A stretch of DNA of 64,000 bases from Patescibacteria group bacterium (GTDB taxonomy: Bacteria > Patescibacteriota > Microgenomatia > UBA10105 > UBA927), in the NCBI GenBank assembly GCA_035510735.1, contig DATKGN010000006.1:1429-65428 (forward strand), written 5' to 3'. The notes beneath the pieces are model-generated. The model did no database searches. It was not told the origin of the DNA and saw only the letters and a program-made list of their open reading frames with translations. The stretch's first letter is position 1; each line of letters begins with the position of its first letter. The position numbers were made by a program, and so were the translations under genes. Positions 18,768-28,828 of the stretch are shown piece after piece.

Positions 18768-19823
18768 ATGGCAAACGAGACGCTAGATTTAGCTCCGAGA
18801 CAGCCGGCAATCGCTCCGGAGAAACTCCTTCTCCCCAATGGGCTATACGCAAACAAATACTCGCTTCAGCAATTAGCCTTTGATGGAGGTCTTCCTGTGC
18901 CGGAAATAATAACAGAACAACAGCTGGCGGAAAACGACATAAGACGGAAAAAGGCATACGACAAAGACCCGGATGAATTTTATACTAACTACTGGCAGTA
19001 CAGTGTGTATTGTCGGGGCTTTTTCGAGCAGCCGGTCGATATGTGGACTGTTGATACCCTTCCGACGAATAGTGATTATGCATCTGCAGATAAGCCGGCG
19101 TTTCAAAAAATGATGAAGGACGCAAGTAACAAAGCCTTCTCTTAAATATCATCTCAAAACAAACTTTGACCTCATAACCGTTCCTAAACCGAGATCATAT
19201 CTTCAGCGCGCAGTTCCTGAGGGATATTACTTTTCTACATTAACGCGGGGCAATGAACTGTTCTGCATATTTGTAAGTCAGGAAAGACGACGAAGCGTTA
19301 ACTGGCTATATTATGGTAATGGTCGCGTTGCCGATTATTCAGCTGGCATCGGAGAAAACCTCCTTGAATATTTCGATGAGGAGCTACTTCCCATAGCGCA
19401 ACGGACCGATAATCTGTTGAATCATGCTCTGATAGGTGCATTTGATTATAAGTACGATTTTCTTCAAACATCAGAGGGACGTTTCTTATCCAATCACGCG
19501 TCGCTTCACAAAAAACTGACGAACAAACCATATTTAGGGATATCGAGCGCATCGCGAAACTAAAGGAAAATGGCGTACGGGAAATACACCTTGAAATCGG
19601 CGATGTTAACAAATCATCAAAGGTTATTCCTAAGGACGAATCCTACATTCTTACCTTAACCAATAACCTGCATGTCGGAAAAGCGGATTTATATAAAATT
19701 AATTTTAGCAATATGAAAGGCCTTTGCTTGCCAAGAGGGTTGAGGGGCGGCCTCCTTGAGCATAACGGCTATAACATCATCGCCTATGCGCTGTACTGGG
19801 GCCTCCCGATAGCGTTCGTATAG
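18768..19823 (+). pseudogene. Doubly frameshifted gene, ATP-grasp/PEP-utilizer-like
   Basis: Frame switches at ~19117-19143 and ~19452-19560 join three open frames; NKY.L..L...GLPVP at the start, DFL..SEGR.LIQSR, GGLLEH..GLPI at the end. Confidence 0.5.
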
Positions 19824-19877
19824 AAGTACATAAATTCTGGCTCACCGATTTGGAACAAAAAGTGAATCGAGTGGAGT

Positions 19878-20576
19878 TTAGCTGCTATTTCCGACATCGG
19901 GCTCATACTTTTCTTTAAGTGCCTTCATCTCCTGTTTTAATTCACTTATCCTTAGTTCTCTTCCTGTCATGAGTTGATTCATTTCTGCAAGTTCATCAAT
20001 TTTCTGTTGAAGGGCTGCTGCTGCTTTTCGATTTTCCGTCACGTCATGAAAATTCCATACCCGACCGATAATATTATCTCCCACTTTGAGGGGAACTGAA
20101 TTCCTTTCAAATATCCTGCCGTCTTTAAATTCCAAAACTTCCTTACTAACCGCTTCCGGTTGACTGTATAATTCCTTCACTTTGGCCATAAAAACGTCAG
20201 GATGAATCAATTCGCCAATCGCAAAAGCCAACGCTTTATCATCATCATGCGATGCTATAGGTTCCCGCGGCATGTGCCACATTTCGATGAATCGTTCGTT
20301 ATAACTGAAAATTTTACCTTTGCCGTCCACCACGAGAACTCCGTCGCTGTTTGCTTCGAATGTGGCTTTCAGTTGAGAAATGTATTCGCTGAGTTCACGT
20401 GAGCTCAATTCCATCGACCGATCGGAAAGTGCCCGGTCATCGTCAAAATGTTTATAGGTATCGCTCACGGACTGTAACAGCGGCATTACCTCTTTCGGGA
20501 CCGCCTCAAGACTGCCGAAAATTTTGAGAATCTGGCGTGTGAGCGTCCGGTGAAATTGAATGGTTGTTTCATCCAT
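19878..20576 (-). CDS. PAS-domain protein with terminal coiled coil and no catalytic output domain
   Basis: DGVLVVD.KGKI..YN.RF.EMW, FKDGRIFER..GRVWNFHDVT; ends MTGRELRISELKQE. Confidence 0.85.
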   Translation of the reverse strand: MDETTIQFHRTLTRQILKIFGSLEAVPKEVMPLLQSVSDTYKHFDDDRALSDRSMELSSRELSEYISQLKATFEANSDGVLVVDGKGKIFSYNERFIEMWHMPREPIASHDDDKALAFAIGELIHPDVFMAKVKELYSQPEAVSKEVLEFKDGRIFERNSVPLKVGDNIIGRVWNFHDVTENRKAAAALQQKIDELAEMNQLMTGRELRISELKQEMKALKEKYEPDVGNSS

Positions 20577-20587
20577 AGATCCACGTT

Positions 20588-21739
20588 TTACAGCACTTCA
20601 TGAAACATCGTCACTGTCATCGTCTGATTATGAAGCTGACACTGATCAGCCGCAGCAGCGGTAGGGCACAATTCTCCGTAGGAATAGAATCCTGTTATCA
20701 CTGCCTTCTTTCCGATAACGTTTTGCACTGCCTCGATTTCTTCCTCCGTACGCTCCTGCAGAATGAGCTTTCTTCCGACGCAACTTACAAGTATCGCAAG
20801 CTCCACTTCGTTGTTCTCTAACCGCTTTATACTTAAATTGGCCGCCTCACCCGCTCCATCGATCACACGATCAAAATTTGCCCTCATTAATTGTGCAGGC
20901 GTCCCTTGCGGCATGTCACCGGCGAATGTCATGCTTTGTGCGGCTTCATCTACCGCAAGAATTGTCCGGACAATATTGGTTTCGCCGTTTTTGGTTTTCA
21001 CACGCAAACTCAAAGGAAATAGTAATCCGCTTCCGGGTAGTTCTTTCGTTTTCTCTCCTAAATACTCTTTATACAGCGCCAATGCCGGCTTATCATCCAG
21101 TTCATATAAAACGTTATCGCTCGATTTTGTAATAATACGCTCAGGACCAAACGAATCCCAACCGCCGAAACTTCCATATCCGACGCGAAGAGCTGTGCCG
21201 TAAAATCCGATGACAACGACCTTCCCTGAAACCGGCGGCCCGTCAAGCCCAACGACTGTTTCTTTGAATGCTGCTCCATCGCCTACTAATCCTCCTGTTA
21301 CGGATATATCAGGAGGCAGATTGTTTCGTAAACCGTCGACGAGTTTCGTGCCGTTAATTTTGAGCCCTTCAGAAAACACCATCACATGAACCAGTCCGTC
21401 GTGGGGTATCGAACCCGCCAGGGTTTTTCCTGCCTGTTCGCTTTCCGTAGCTTTCGAAACCATCGTTTGCCCAAACTCTAAACGTGTTTTGGCAAACGAA
21501 ACAGCCGTGAGGCAAAGCGAGTCATCCAGTACCTGAGTACCGATAATTTCACCGGCGGTAGAACAAAGTAAGATGTGCGCTTTCGGATACCAGGATTGGA
21601 TGAGAGACAGTTGAGCTGCATCTTTGACCATTTTGGTGCTGCCAAAAACCATCACCCACTGTGCGCTGTCTTTTATGTCTGACGAGGAAAGTTCAACCCA
21701 ACCGCTCGCTTGTTGCCATTTTTTTTGTTGTATTTGCAT
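20588..21739 (-). CDS. FIST-N/FIST-C (NosP-like) sensory protein
   Basis: CSTAGEI, VTGGL.GD, GGWD.FGP, LYELD.KPAL, SCVGR, GFYSYGE, LHNQT. Confidence 0.9.
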   Translation of the reverse strand: MQIQQKKWQQASGWVELSSSDIKDSAQWVMVFGSTKMVKDAAQLSLIQSWYPKAHILLCSTAGEIIGTQVLDDSLCLTAVSFAKTRLEFGQTMVSKATESEQAGKTLAGSIPHDGLVHVMVFSEGLKINGTKLVDGLRNNLPPDISVTGGLVGDGAAFKETVVGLDGPPVSGKVVVIGFYGTALRVGYGSFGGWDSFGPERIITKSSDNVLYELDDKPALALYKEYLGEKTKELPGSGLLFPLSLRVKTKNGETNIVRTILAVDEAAQSMTFAGDMPQGTPAQLMRANFDRVIDGAGEAANLSIKRLENNEVELAILVSCVGRKLILQERTEEEIEAVQNVIGKKAVITGFYSYGELCPTAAAADQCQLHNQTMTVTMFHEVL

Positions 21740-21911
21740 ATTTCGCCTCCATACTCATGGTATACTATACCAATACGATGTCAATGAAAGATACATGAGT
21801 GGAAATGCGGGTTGGGATAAATCCAGGCAGAATATTGTGTGGTACCTCGCTTTACTCAATCATTGGACTCACCACTGGATTTATGTTTAATTGGTGTTGT
21901 ATCATACAATT

Positions 21912-22550
21912 ATGACGAAAAACGAAAAGGCACTGGAGGTATTCAAAAGACTCTCCAAAGCCATTCCGAATCCGAAAGTGGAACTGAATTTTAAAACGCC
22001 GTTCGAACTTCTGGTCGCAACGATATTGGCGGCTCAGTGTACCGATAAACTCGTCAATACCGTTACTCCCGCTTTGTTTAAGAAATATCCGACCCCTAAA
22101 GATATGGCCGCCGCATCAGCGTCTGATATCGACGCGTTCATCATCAAAGTCACGTTTCATTCCAATAAAGCGAAAAATATCCAGGCTGCTTCCAACATGA
22201 TTATGGACACATATCACGGTATCGTTCCTAAAACTATGGAAGAACTTGATGCGCTTCCGGGTGTCGCACGGAAAACAGCGAATGTCGTTTTGGGAAGTGC
22301 GTTTGGTATCGCGTCTGGAATCGTCATTGATACGCACGGTATCCGGCTTTCGAATAAATTAGGACTCACAACCGAAAAGGACCCCGTCAAAATCGAACAG
22401 GATCTTATGAAACTCATTCCCAAAGATAAATGGATCGATTTCGGACATTTGCTTACCCTCCACGGACGGTATGTGTGCACAGCCCGCCCGCATACATGCG
22501 AAAACTGCCCCCTAGGCGATCTGTGCCCGGAATATGCTAAAAATATATAG
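21912..22550 (+). CDS. nth: Endonuclease III
   Basis: ELLVATILAAQCTD, LPGVARKTANVVL HhH motif, C-x6-C-x2-C-x5-C Fe-S cluster. Confidence 0.95.
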   Translation: MTKNEKALEVFKRLSKAIPNPKVELNFKTPFELLVATILAAQCTDKLVNTVTPALFKKYPTPKDMAAASASDIDAFIIKVTFHSNKAKNIQAASNMIMDTYHGIVPKTMEELDALPGVARKTANVVLGSAFGIASGIVIDTHGIRLSNKLGLTTEKDPVKIEQDLMKLIPKDKWIDFGHLLTLHGRYVCTARPHTCENCPLGDLCPEYAKNI

Positions 22551-22552
22551 CC

Positions 22553-22888
22553 TTACGCGGTTTCACACCTATTTCTTGCGGCAAAGGCGAAGAAGTAAAA
22601 ATAGCGTTGCCACTCAGATGCCTGCTGGTGATATTGATTGTCTCCTATAAAATAATCCAGCCAAAGCTCCCTGGCCCTCGCTATTTCGCGCCTGCCCGCT
22701 CCATGGCGGCTATCAGCAAGCGTCAGGTCAAAAAGTTCTAAGGCCCGAACATTGGCTTGGGAAGCGTAGGGAATATTATTTTTCGCTTTCCATTGTATGG
22801 CCCGCTCAACCTCGCTTCCGATATTGGCCATTTGCTCAACGAGTGACAACCTCCTCCACCGACCTCCCGATAAATCCTTGTGCTGCAT
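22553..22888 (-). CDS. Conserved-looking helical hypothetical protein
   Basis: RW..LSL.EQMANIGSEV.RA..RALEL.DLT..E.AR.RE; 3 nt after the DUF5674-like gene. Confidence 0.65.
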   Translation of the reverse strand: MQHKDLSGGRWRRLSLVEQMANIGSEVERAIQWKAKNNIPYASQANVRALELFDLTLADSRHGAGRREIARARELWLDYFIGDNQYHQQASEWQRYFYFFAFAARNRCETA

Positions 22889-22891
22889 ATT

Positions 22892-23230
22892 TTATCGTAT
22901 TAATGCCGCAATGACGGCGCGTATTTCTTTTTGAAGATGTATATCTTGAATATTTCTACTCATGTTGCCTTCACTAGGACGGACGTTAATCATCGAGTCA
23001 AATTCTATAAAATCATCGCCGTCAAGATCGGGATACAGATTCACTCCCCAGACATCAGTCTGTTGGGAACCCTGAGATAATAATAAGGCCTCTTCATCAG
23101 CATGTAGACTAGCATCAATTGCCATAACATGACGTTTCACATCCACAACCGCTTTGACGAGATCTCCAAATCCGCGTTTCGCCATTTTTCGAAGTTCTTC
23201 TTTTGTAGTCGGCGAGTCAACAATTAACAT
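22892..23230 (-). CDS. DUF5674-like protein
   Basis: VKAVVDV..MA...LHADEE..LL.QGS.Q..VWG.N..IEFDSMINVRP. Confidence 0.75.
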   Translation of the reverse strand: MLIVDSPTTKEELRKMAKRGFGDLVKAVVDVKRHVMAIDASLHADEEALLLSQGSQQTDVWGVNLYPDLDGDDFIEFDSMINVRPSEGNMSRNIQDIHLQKEIRAVIAALIR

Positions 23231-23299
23231 GAGGGTATTATAACAGAAAGAAAATGAGTAAATATCACGCGAGAGATGAGTAATTGCTATAATCACTCT

Positions 23300-24172
23300 A
23301 TGAAGCTTATTATCATTACCTTCACGCTCCTAGTCGCGTTGATGATTATCGCGTTTCTATATACGTGGTATAGATTTCGAAAGTCTATCTACATTCACAC
23401 GACGGAAAATCAAGAACTACTGAATAAATATCCTCTAGAGCATATTGAGGTGAACCTCACCACAAAAGACCGACTTCAAATCTCATCTTGGTATATTCCG
23501 GTTCCTCATCCGAAAGCTGTTGTCATTTTAATCCCGGGATTTACGGATAAGAATGGCGGCAAAGCGCTTATGCTTCCGCATGCAGCGTATTTAAAAGATG
23601 CCGGCTACTCTTCGATGCTTCTTGACCTCCGATCTACCGGTGAGAGCAGCGGCGCTAAATCTTATTTAGGAATCAAAGAATGGCAGGACGTTGAAGCTGC
23701 ATATGATTACCTAAAAAATCAACCTGAAAATAAAGATACGAAAATCGGGTTTTTTGGTATATCCATGGGTGCGGCAACGGCGATAATTACCACAGGAAAA
23801 ACAGGAAAGGGTGATTTCATCATCGCTTCCGTCCCATACGCCTCATTTGACGGTCTTTTTGCCTTTCAGCTGTCTAAAGATCATTTACCATCAGTACTGT
23901 TACCGCTCCTCAAGCTCGCAGCAGCAATTGAATTCGGGCTCTCATACAACACATATAACCCTTCCCGTCTTATAAAAAATATTCACATCCCGGTATTTAT
24001 AATCGCGGCGAAACAGGATAAAGATGTTGGGTATGCTGGAGCCGCAGACCTGTATCAGCTTGCCAACAAACCGAAATATTTTTGGGCGCCGAATTCACAA
24101 CACGATGTGCATCTCGAGCAACCGGAAAAATTTCAAAATAGAGTATTGTCATTTTTGGAAATGTTGAATTAA
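23300..24172 (+). CDS. Membrane-anchored alpha/beta hydrolase
   Basis: N-terminal TM, DLRSTGES, GISMG nucleophile elbow, D and H of the triad. Confidence 0.85.
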   Translation: MKLIIITFTLLVALMIIAFLYTWYRFRKSIYIHTTENQELLNKYPLEHIEVNLTTKDRLQISSWYIPVPHPKAVVILIPGFTDKNGGKALMLPHAAYLKDAGYSSMLLDLRSTGESSGAKSYLGIKEWQDVEAAYDYLKNQPENKDTKIGFFGISMGAATAIITTGKTGKGDFIIASVPYASFDGLFAFQLSKDHLPSVLLPLLKLAAAIEFGLSYNTYNPSRLIKNIHIPVFIIAAKQDKDVGYAGAADLYQLANKPKYFWAPNSQHDVHLEQPEKFQNRVLSFLEMLN

Positions 24173-24183
24173 CGTAGAATAGT

Positions 24184-24753
24184 ATGAAAAACCCGATTGA
24201 ATACGACAATATCATTATTCTTCACGGCTGCCCGGCAACATCCACAAACATCATTCCGAAGAATCAACGGTGGATGAACTGGTTGGCGGAACAATTGAGG
24301 GAAAAGGGATATAACGCTACTGCCCCTGATATGCCTACCCCGTGGGCCCCGAAATATGAAGTATGGAAAAAAGAATTTGAAAAATACCAAATAACTAAAA
24401 ATAGCCTACTAGTCGGCCATAGCTGCGGAGCAGCGTTTTTCGTACGGTGGCTTCTTGATACCGGCAGAAAGGTTAAAAAGCTTATTCTTGTCGCTCCCGC
24501 AAAAATTTCCGAAACGGACGCGGATTCGAGACAGGATTTGTATCGATTTGATCTTCCTATGGATGCTTCACATATCGCAGATGAAATCGTAGTATTTACA
24601 TCCAACGATTTCCCCCATCATCTCAAATCACTTGAACTATACAAAAAGGCCCTTAAACCCCGTGTCGTTAAGCTGGAAAACAAGGGACACTTCCTCATTT
24701 TCACCATGGGCACAAACGAATTTCCAGAGCTTTTGGATGAAATTATCGGCTGA
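24184..24753 (+). CDS. RBBP9/YdeN-family alpha/beta hydrolase
   Basis: IILHG, W..WL, GHSCG, LILVAP, S.D, GHF. Confidence 0.85.
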   Translation: MKNPIEYDNIIILHGCPATSTNIIPKNQRWMNWLAEQLREKGYNATAPDMPTPWAPKYEVWKKEFEKYQITKNSLLVGHSCGAAFFVRWLLDTGRKVKKLILVAPAKISETDADSRQDLYRFDLPMDASHIADEIVVFTSNDFPHHLKSLELYKKALKPRVVKLENKGHFLIFTMGTNEFPELLDEIIG

Positions 24754-24768
24754 AGAACACCCTCAGTC

Positions 24769-25311
24769 TTACGGACAGACGGAGGAGATAGTGTATTGTG
24801 CGGTGGCAGTTCCCGTACTACCATATACGATGACGGTATAATGACCGCAGTGCGATAAATTGATAAAATCCGTCAGAATATCGGTTGATCCATTGCCACC
24901 TATATAGGTTCCGGTATAATCTCCGCCGTTTAGAACGAGTAAATGTAATTTGACCCGTGAATCAGGCGCAAATCCCGTTCCTTTTACTTCTATATCCGTC
25001 AACCATCCGTAACAGCTTGAACCGGGTGTACATTCATGAACCTGAACATTCGTAATACTCGGCTGCGGGACGGGAGTAGGAGTCGGCGTAGGCCTCGGGG
25101 TCTGACTTGGCGTTGGTGTCGGGGTTACTCTGGGTGTCGGACTTGGCGTTGGTGTCGGGGTGACTTTAGGAGTTGGTGACGGTTTTTCATGGCACTCATC
25201 ACGGTCCATTCTCACGACGTGGCCGTTGGGTTGTTTGCAATCAACTAAATGGCCACCGGATACGAAATGGGAATAGGCCACCAGAACTGCAATAAGAAAT
25301 CCTTTGAACAT
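24769..25311 (-). CDS. Secreted protein with Pro/Thr linker and Cys-containing Ig/IPT-like C-terminal domain
   Basis: Signal-like N-terminus, PTPTPSPTP repeats, PSITNV..V.GTGF...S.V. Confidence 0.7.
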   Translation of the reverse strand: MFKGFLIAVLVAYSHFVSGGHLVDCKQPNGHVVRMDRDECHEKPSPTPKVTPTPTPSPTPRVTPTPTPSQTPRPTPTPTPVPQPSITNVQVHECTPGSSCYGWLTDIEVKGTGFAPDSRVKLHLLVLNGGDYTGTYIGGNGSTDILTDFINLSHCGHYTVIVYGSTGTATAQYTISSVCP

Positions 25312-25391
25312 AAATTGCAGTGTAATAAAATCCTATAGTTTTGTCAACAAGACAAATATCCCAATACATATTTGTGCTATTCTGTCCTTAT

Positions 25392-26276
25392 ATGACTTCC
25401 CAAAATAAACTTTTCGGCTTCGTTTCACTCCTGTCTGTCGGCTGCATTCTGTCGTTTTTTGGTTTATTCTCGAGAATCTTAAGTTCGTATACAGGAAATC
25501 CCATGCAGCTATTTCTGAGGGCATTTTTTATCACCCTTATTATCACTCCGTACATCCTGTCCAAAAGAAAAACCATAAACTTGCCTAAGGGGAAGCCGCT
25601 TCCTTTCTTCGTATTTTTGGTATCATTTCCGCTATATATCTTATTTTTCACGATCAGCGTGAACACCATAAAAGTCGCAAATGCATTTTTCTACATATTT
25701 ATCAGTACAACGATAACGTCATATGTGATTGGTAATATATATTTTAAGGAAAAAATAACAAAGCGGGAAATAATCGCATCTTTATTACTTCTTGCAGGAT
25801 TATTTCTGTTTGCCTTTCCTTTTACGTTTTTGCACTCTGCGGTCGGGATATTGGCAGGAATTTTCGGAGGGATACTCTCGGGCATCAGTAACGCAACGCG
25901 GAAATTCTATGACGGGAAAATTAACCGATGGTTCACGATATTCCTACAAATGCTGGTCGGTACGGTTATCGGAGCCGCCCTCGCACTATTCACTCACGGG
26001 ACGCAAATAATCAACTGGAATTTGTATGCGTCCGTTATTTTATTTCTTTTTGTCATCCTGAACGTCGCTGCGCAATACTTACTTTTTGTCGGCCTTAAGA
26101 ATTTTGATCTGAATTTGAGTTCGGTTGTGTTAGCATCTCAGCTTCTATTTGTTCTTCTGGTCGGCGCTATATTCCTTAAAGAATTGCCGACAACAACCGA
26201 ATTATTGGCTTCAATAATCGTGTTAACAGCAATTATTCTTTCAAAAGTAAACGTGCCAATGTTAAAATTAAGCTAA
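25392..26276 (+). CDS. DMT/EamA-family transporter
   Basis: About 10 TM helices in two repeats; FKEKIT and FLKELPT motifs. Confidence 0.85.
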   Translation: MTSQNKLFGFVSLLSVGCILSFFGLFSRILSSYTGNPMQLFLRAFFITLIITPYILSKRKTINLPKGKPLPFFVFLVSFPLYILFFTISVNTIKVANAFFYIFISTTITSYVIGNIYFKEKITKREIIASLLLLAGLFLFAFPFTFLHSAVGILAGIFGGILSGISNATRKFYDGKINRWFTIFLQMLVGTVIGAALALFTHGTQIINWNLYASVILFLFVILNVAAQYLLFVGLKNFDLNLSSVVLASQLLFVLLVGAIFLKELPTTTELLASIIVLTAIILSKVNVPMLKLS

Positions 26277-26292
26277 TTGGACACGCTAATTT

Positions 26293-26320
26293 TTGACAAA
26301 ATTGAACGAAAGACTATAAT
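26293..26320 (+). promoter_or_regulatory. Consensus sigma70 promoter of the DegV gene
   Basis: TTGACA-16 nt-TATAAT, 9 nt before the ATG. Confidence 0.65.
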
Positions 26321-26329
26321 TTGGGCTGC

Positions 26330-27274
26330 ATGAACGCCGAAAGAGTAATTGTCACTGATACTGGGGCCTCAATAACACCTCAACAAGCCACAGAAATGGG
26401 AGTTTCACTTATCCCTCTCCATATTATTTGGCCCGACGGATCAGACGAACTGGATACTTCTTATTCAAATAATCTCAAAGATTTTTATAACAAAATGCAG
26501 GATTTTATGGATAAAGGCGCACGTCCTCCGACCACTGCAGCACCATCGGTATTAGAATTTTCCAATCTCTATAACGATCTCCTTACGCATGGAGCAAAAG
26601 AAATCGGATCAGTACATATGATGAGTACAAAAAGCGGAACGTACAGCAATGCCACCGTAGCTGCGGAAGCCGTAATGAAGGCACACAAAGACGTGAAAAT
26701 TCGCGCCATAGACGCCAAATCCTTTTCTCTCGCGGAGTTGCTTCAGGTGAAAACGGCAATTGAACTACAAAATAACGGAGCACCACTGGAAGAAATCGAT
26801 AGAATCCTCACGAGGGATGCAGATAAAAACATGTCCGTATATGTTGCGATCAATTCGCTAAAGAATCTCGCCGCAAGCGGCCGCGTGTCAAAAGGGAAAG
26901 AATGGGCAACATCTCTTCTCAATATTAAAGTCATCGTTCATCTTATCGATAATGATTTGGAAAGCTATCAGCTCATACATGGTGGGAAAGCGGCTAGAAG
27001 AATGATCGTGCAGGATCTTATGGATGACGTTGAGACAAGAAAAGCGCCTCCATCAAAAATCGGCGTCATTTACACATATAATCCGGAAATCGGCGATGAA
27101 TTAGTTGATATGTTGGGTGGTGTTTTGCGAAAACCCGGAGAACCTACTGATAGCGAACATCCTCGAGCAGAACTTGTCGGACCTGTTGACGCCCTCGGTC
27201 TTATGGCAATCCACTCCGGTCCCAACGCCGGCGCCGTCGCCGCCGTTTGGAAAGATGTCGATCCACAGGCATAA
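26330..27274 (+). CDS. DegV/FakB-family fatty-acid-binding protein
   Basis: IVTDT, PTTAAPS, SGTY, ID.KS, L..SGR, LLNIK, HSGP. Confidence 0.85.
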   Translation: MNAERVIVTDTGASITPQQATEMGVSLIPLHIIWPDGSDELDTSYSNNLKDFYNKMQDFMDKGARPPTTAAPSVLEFSNLYNDLLTHGAKEIGSVHMMSTKSGTYSNATVAAEAVMKAHKDVKIRAIDAKSFSLAELLQVKTAIELQNNGAPLEEIDRILTRDADKNMSVYVAINSLKNLAASGRVSKGKEWATSLLNIKVIVHLIDNDLESYQLIHGGKAARRMIVQDLMDDVETRKAPPSKIGVIYTYNPEIGDELVDMLGGVLRKPGEPTDSEHPRAELVGPVDALGLMAIHSGPNAGAVAAVWKDVDPQA

Positions 27275-27315
27275 ATCACACGAGTCTTTACATTTATGGT
27301 ATTCTATACACGAGC

Positions 27316-27786
27316 ATGAAAAAACTCCATAAAGCAGTTATCGGCATTGTCGGCAGTCTGACATTTATCTCAGGTGCAGTTCCCGGCGTCCACGCGGCAA
27401 CCACGTCGCAAGGATATAGCACTACAACGGTAACGCGATCAAATACCTATCAGGATTCACTCATAAATGGGAGGCCGACAGCAACCCCGACGCCAACGCC
27501 TGCAGTAGTACCCACGTCAAATGGTATATTACGTTACATTCCATTGCCTTCCGTCAAACCGACCGCAACGCCGACACCAAAACCAACACCGAAGCCCACA
27601 CCCAAACCAACACCGAAACCGACTCCGAAGGGATCTCCGACACCAAAGGTGTCGCCAAAACCCACGCCCAAGCCAACACCGAAGGTTTCGCCGAAAATGG
27701 ATACAATTACTTCATCGGTCGTGAACACAGTAACTTCGACGTTCCAAAATATAGTCGATACCCTGAAGAATCTGTTTAAGTTTTAA
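27316..27786 (+). CDS. Secreted low-complexity Pro/Thr/Lys-rich protein
   Basis: Signal peptide ending VHA; tandem PKPT repeats. Confidence 0.75.
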   Translation: MKKLHKAVIGIVGSLTFISGAVPGVHAATTSQGYSTTTVTRSNTYQDSLINGRPTATPTPTPAVVPTSNGILRYIPLPSVKPTATPTPKPTPKPTPKPTPKPTPKGSPTPKVSPKPTPKPTPKVSPKMDTITSSVVNTVTSTFQNIVDTLKNLFKF

Positions 27787-28797
27787 TCAGCGATCCTCGA
27801 GAAGATGCCGTTTGTAAAGTGCTTCGTTGTACACGAAATCGTATCCGCCGATATAATTCACTTCCACCCCGCCGAATTTGCGTTTGAAGACCGAAAACCC
27901 CTGCCAAGGATGCGTTTCCGTATCCTCGCCGGGAGCTAAACCGTAAAAATCATACCATGCTAACCCCCGTTTTTTCGCATCCCTGATAATTTCCCAATGC
28001 AGGAGGTACGGAGCCATCATATTTTTTTTCTTCTCAGATGATGCACCGTAAAGAAACGTCGCCACGTGGCCGTAATACAACACCATCGCCGTCCCTAGGA
28101 TTTCGTTTCCAAGCACGGCAAAATAGATGACTGCGTCCGTCTCACGGACAAGTAAGTCGGCTAAACATAAGAAATAATCTTCATCTTTCCCGTCAAACCC
28201 CGTACGTTTCACAAACGGAGTATAGAGACGAAGGAAGTCATTGATTCCGTCGGGCAATGTTGTTTTCGTAATGCGCACATCATTCTTGGTTGCAACCTTT
28301 ATGTTGTATCTGCATTTTGGCTTCATCTCACGTAACAGTTCATTATCAGACTTGTGAAGATCAATAAGAAGCGTCCGGAGAGGAAGCTGATCAACAGGAG
28401 CTTTCCGAAATCTTGAAAAATACGCAGGAATACTCGTTAATTTCGGTTCAATCGAAAGATGCGACGTGCGATTTTCGCCCGTCAAATCCGCGACTGTATC
28501 GATTTCTGAAATAAGCATATGAAACATAGTTTCCGCTTTTTCCGGGTTATTGTACGGCAAAACCGGTCCTTCGGTAATTTCTATCGTATTTCTTCCTTTA
28601 TAGTGTGCGTATTTTGAAATAATCGTGCCACCAACAAGTTTGTCTTTCTCTACTATGCCGATCTTGTAGGATTGCCAGCCCAAGAGGTTCTTAAACTCTG
28701 TCCACCAGAACGACTGCATATAGCCTGATGCGGGATTTGTTTTGGTCAGATGTTCCCACTCATCACGCCTCGATTCGTCAATATAGATAAGCTTCAT
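27787..28797 (-). CDS. FemABX-family peptidoglycan peptidyltransferase
   Basis: QS.WW..FK, GPV, MKPKCRYNI, YGAS, YLLHWE, YDFYG, FKRKFGG. Confidence 0.9.
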   Translation of the reverse strand: MKLIYIDESRRDEWEHLTKTNPASGYMQSFWWTEFKNLLGWQSYKIGIVEKDKLVGGTIISKYAHYKGRNTIEITEGPVLPYNNPEKAETMFHMLISEIDTVADLTGENRTSHLSIEPKLTSIPAYFSRFRKAPVDQLPLRTLLIDLHKSDNELLREMKPKCRYNIKVATKNDVRITKTTLPDGINDFLRLYTPFVKRTGFDGKDEDYFLCLADLLVRETDAVIYFAVLGNEILGTAMVLYYGHVATFLYGASSEKKKNMMAPYLLHWEIIRDAKKRGLAWYDFYGLAPGEDTETHPWQGFSVFKRKFGGVEVNYIGGYDFVYNEALYKRHLLEDR

Positions 28798-28828
28798 AAC
28801 AATAATGTAACCGAGTATACTATAAAGT

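Noticed and set aside
19298-19612. 104-aa minus-strand ORF
   Set aside because: Antisense to the frameshifted plus-strand gene, which explains the region better
21817-21884. 10-bp inverted repeat ATAAATCCAG/CTGGATTTAT between the FIST gene and nth
   Set aside because: Single occurrence with a long unpaired spacer; no function can be assigned
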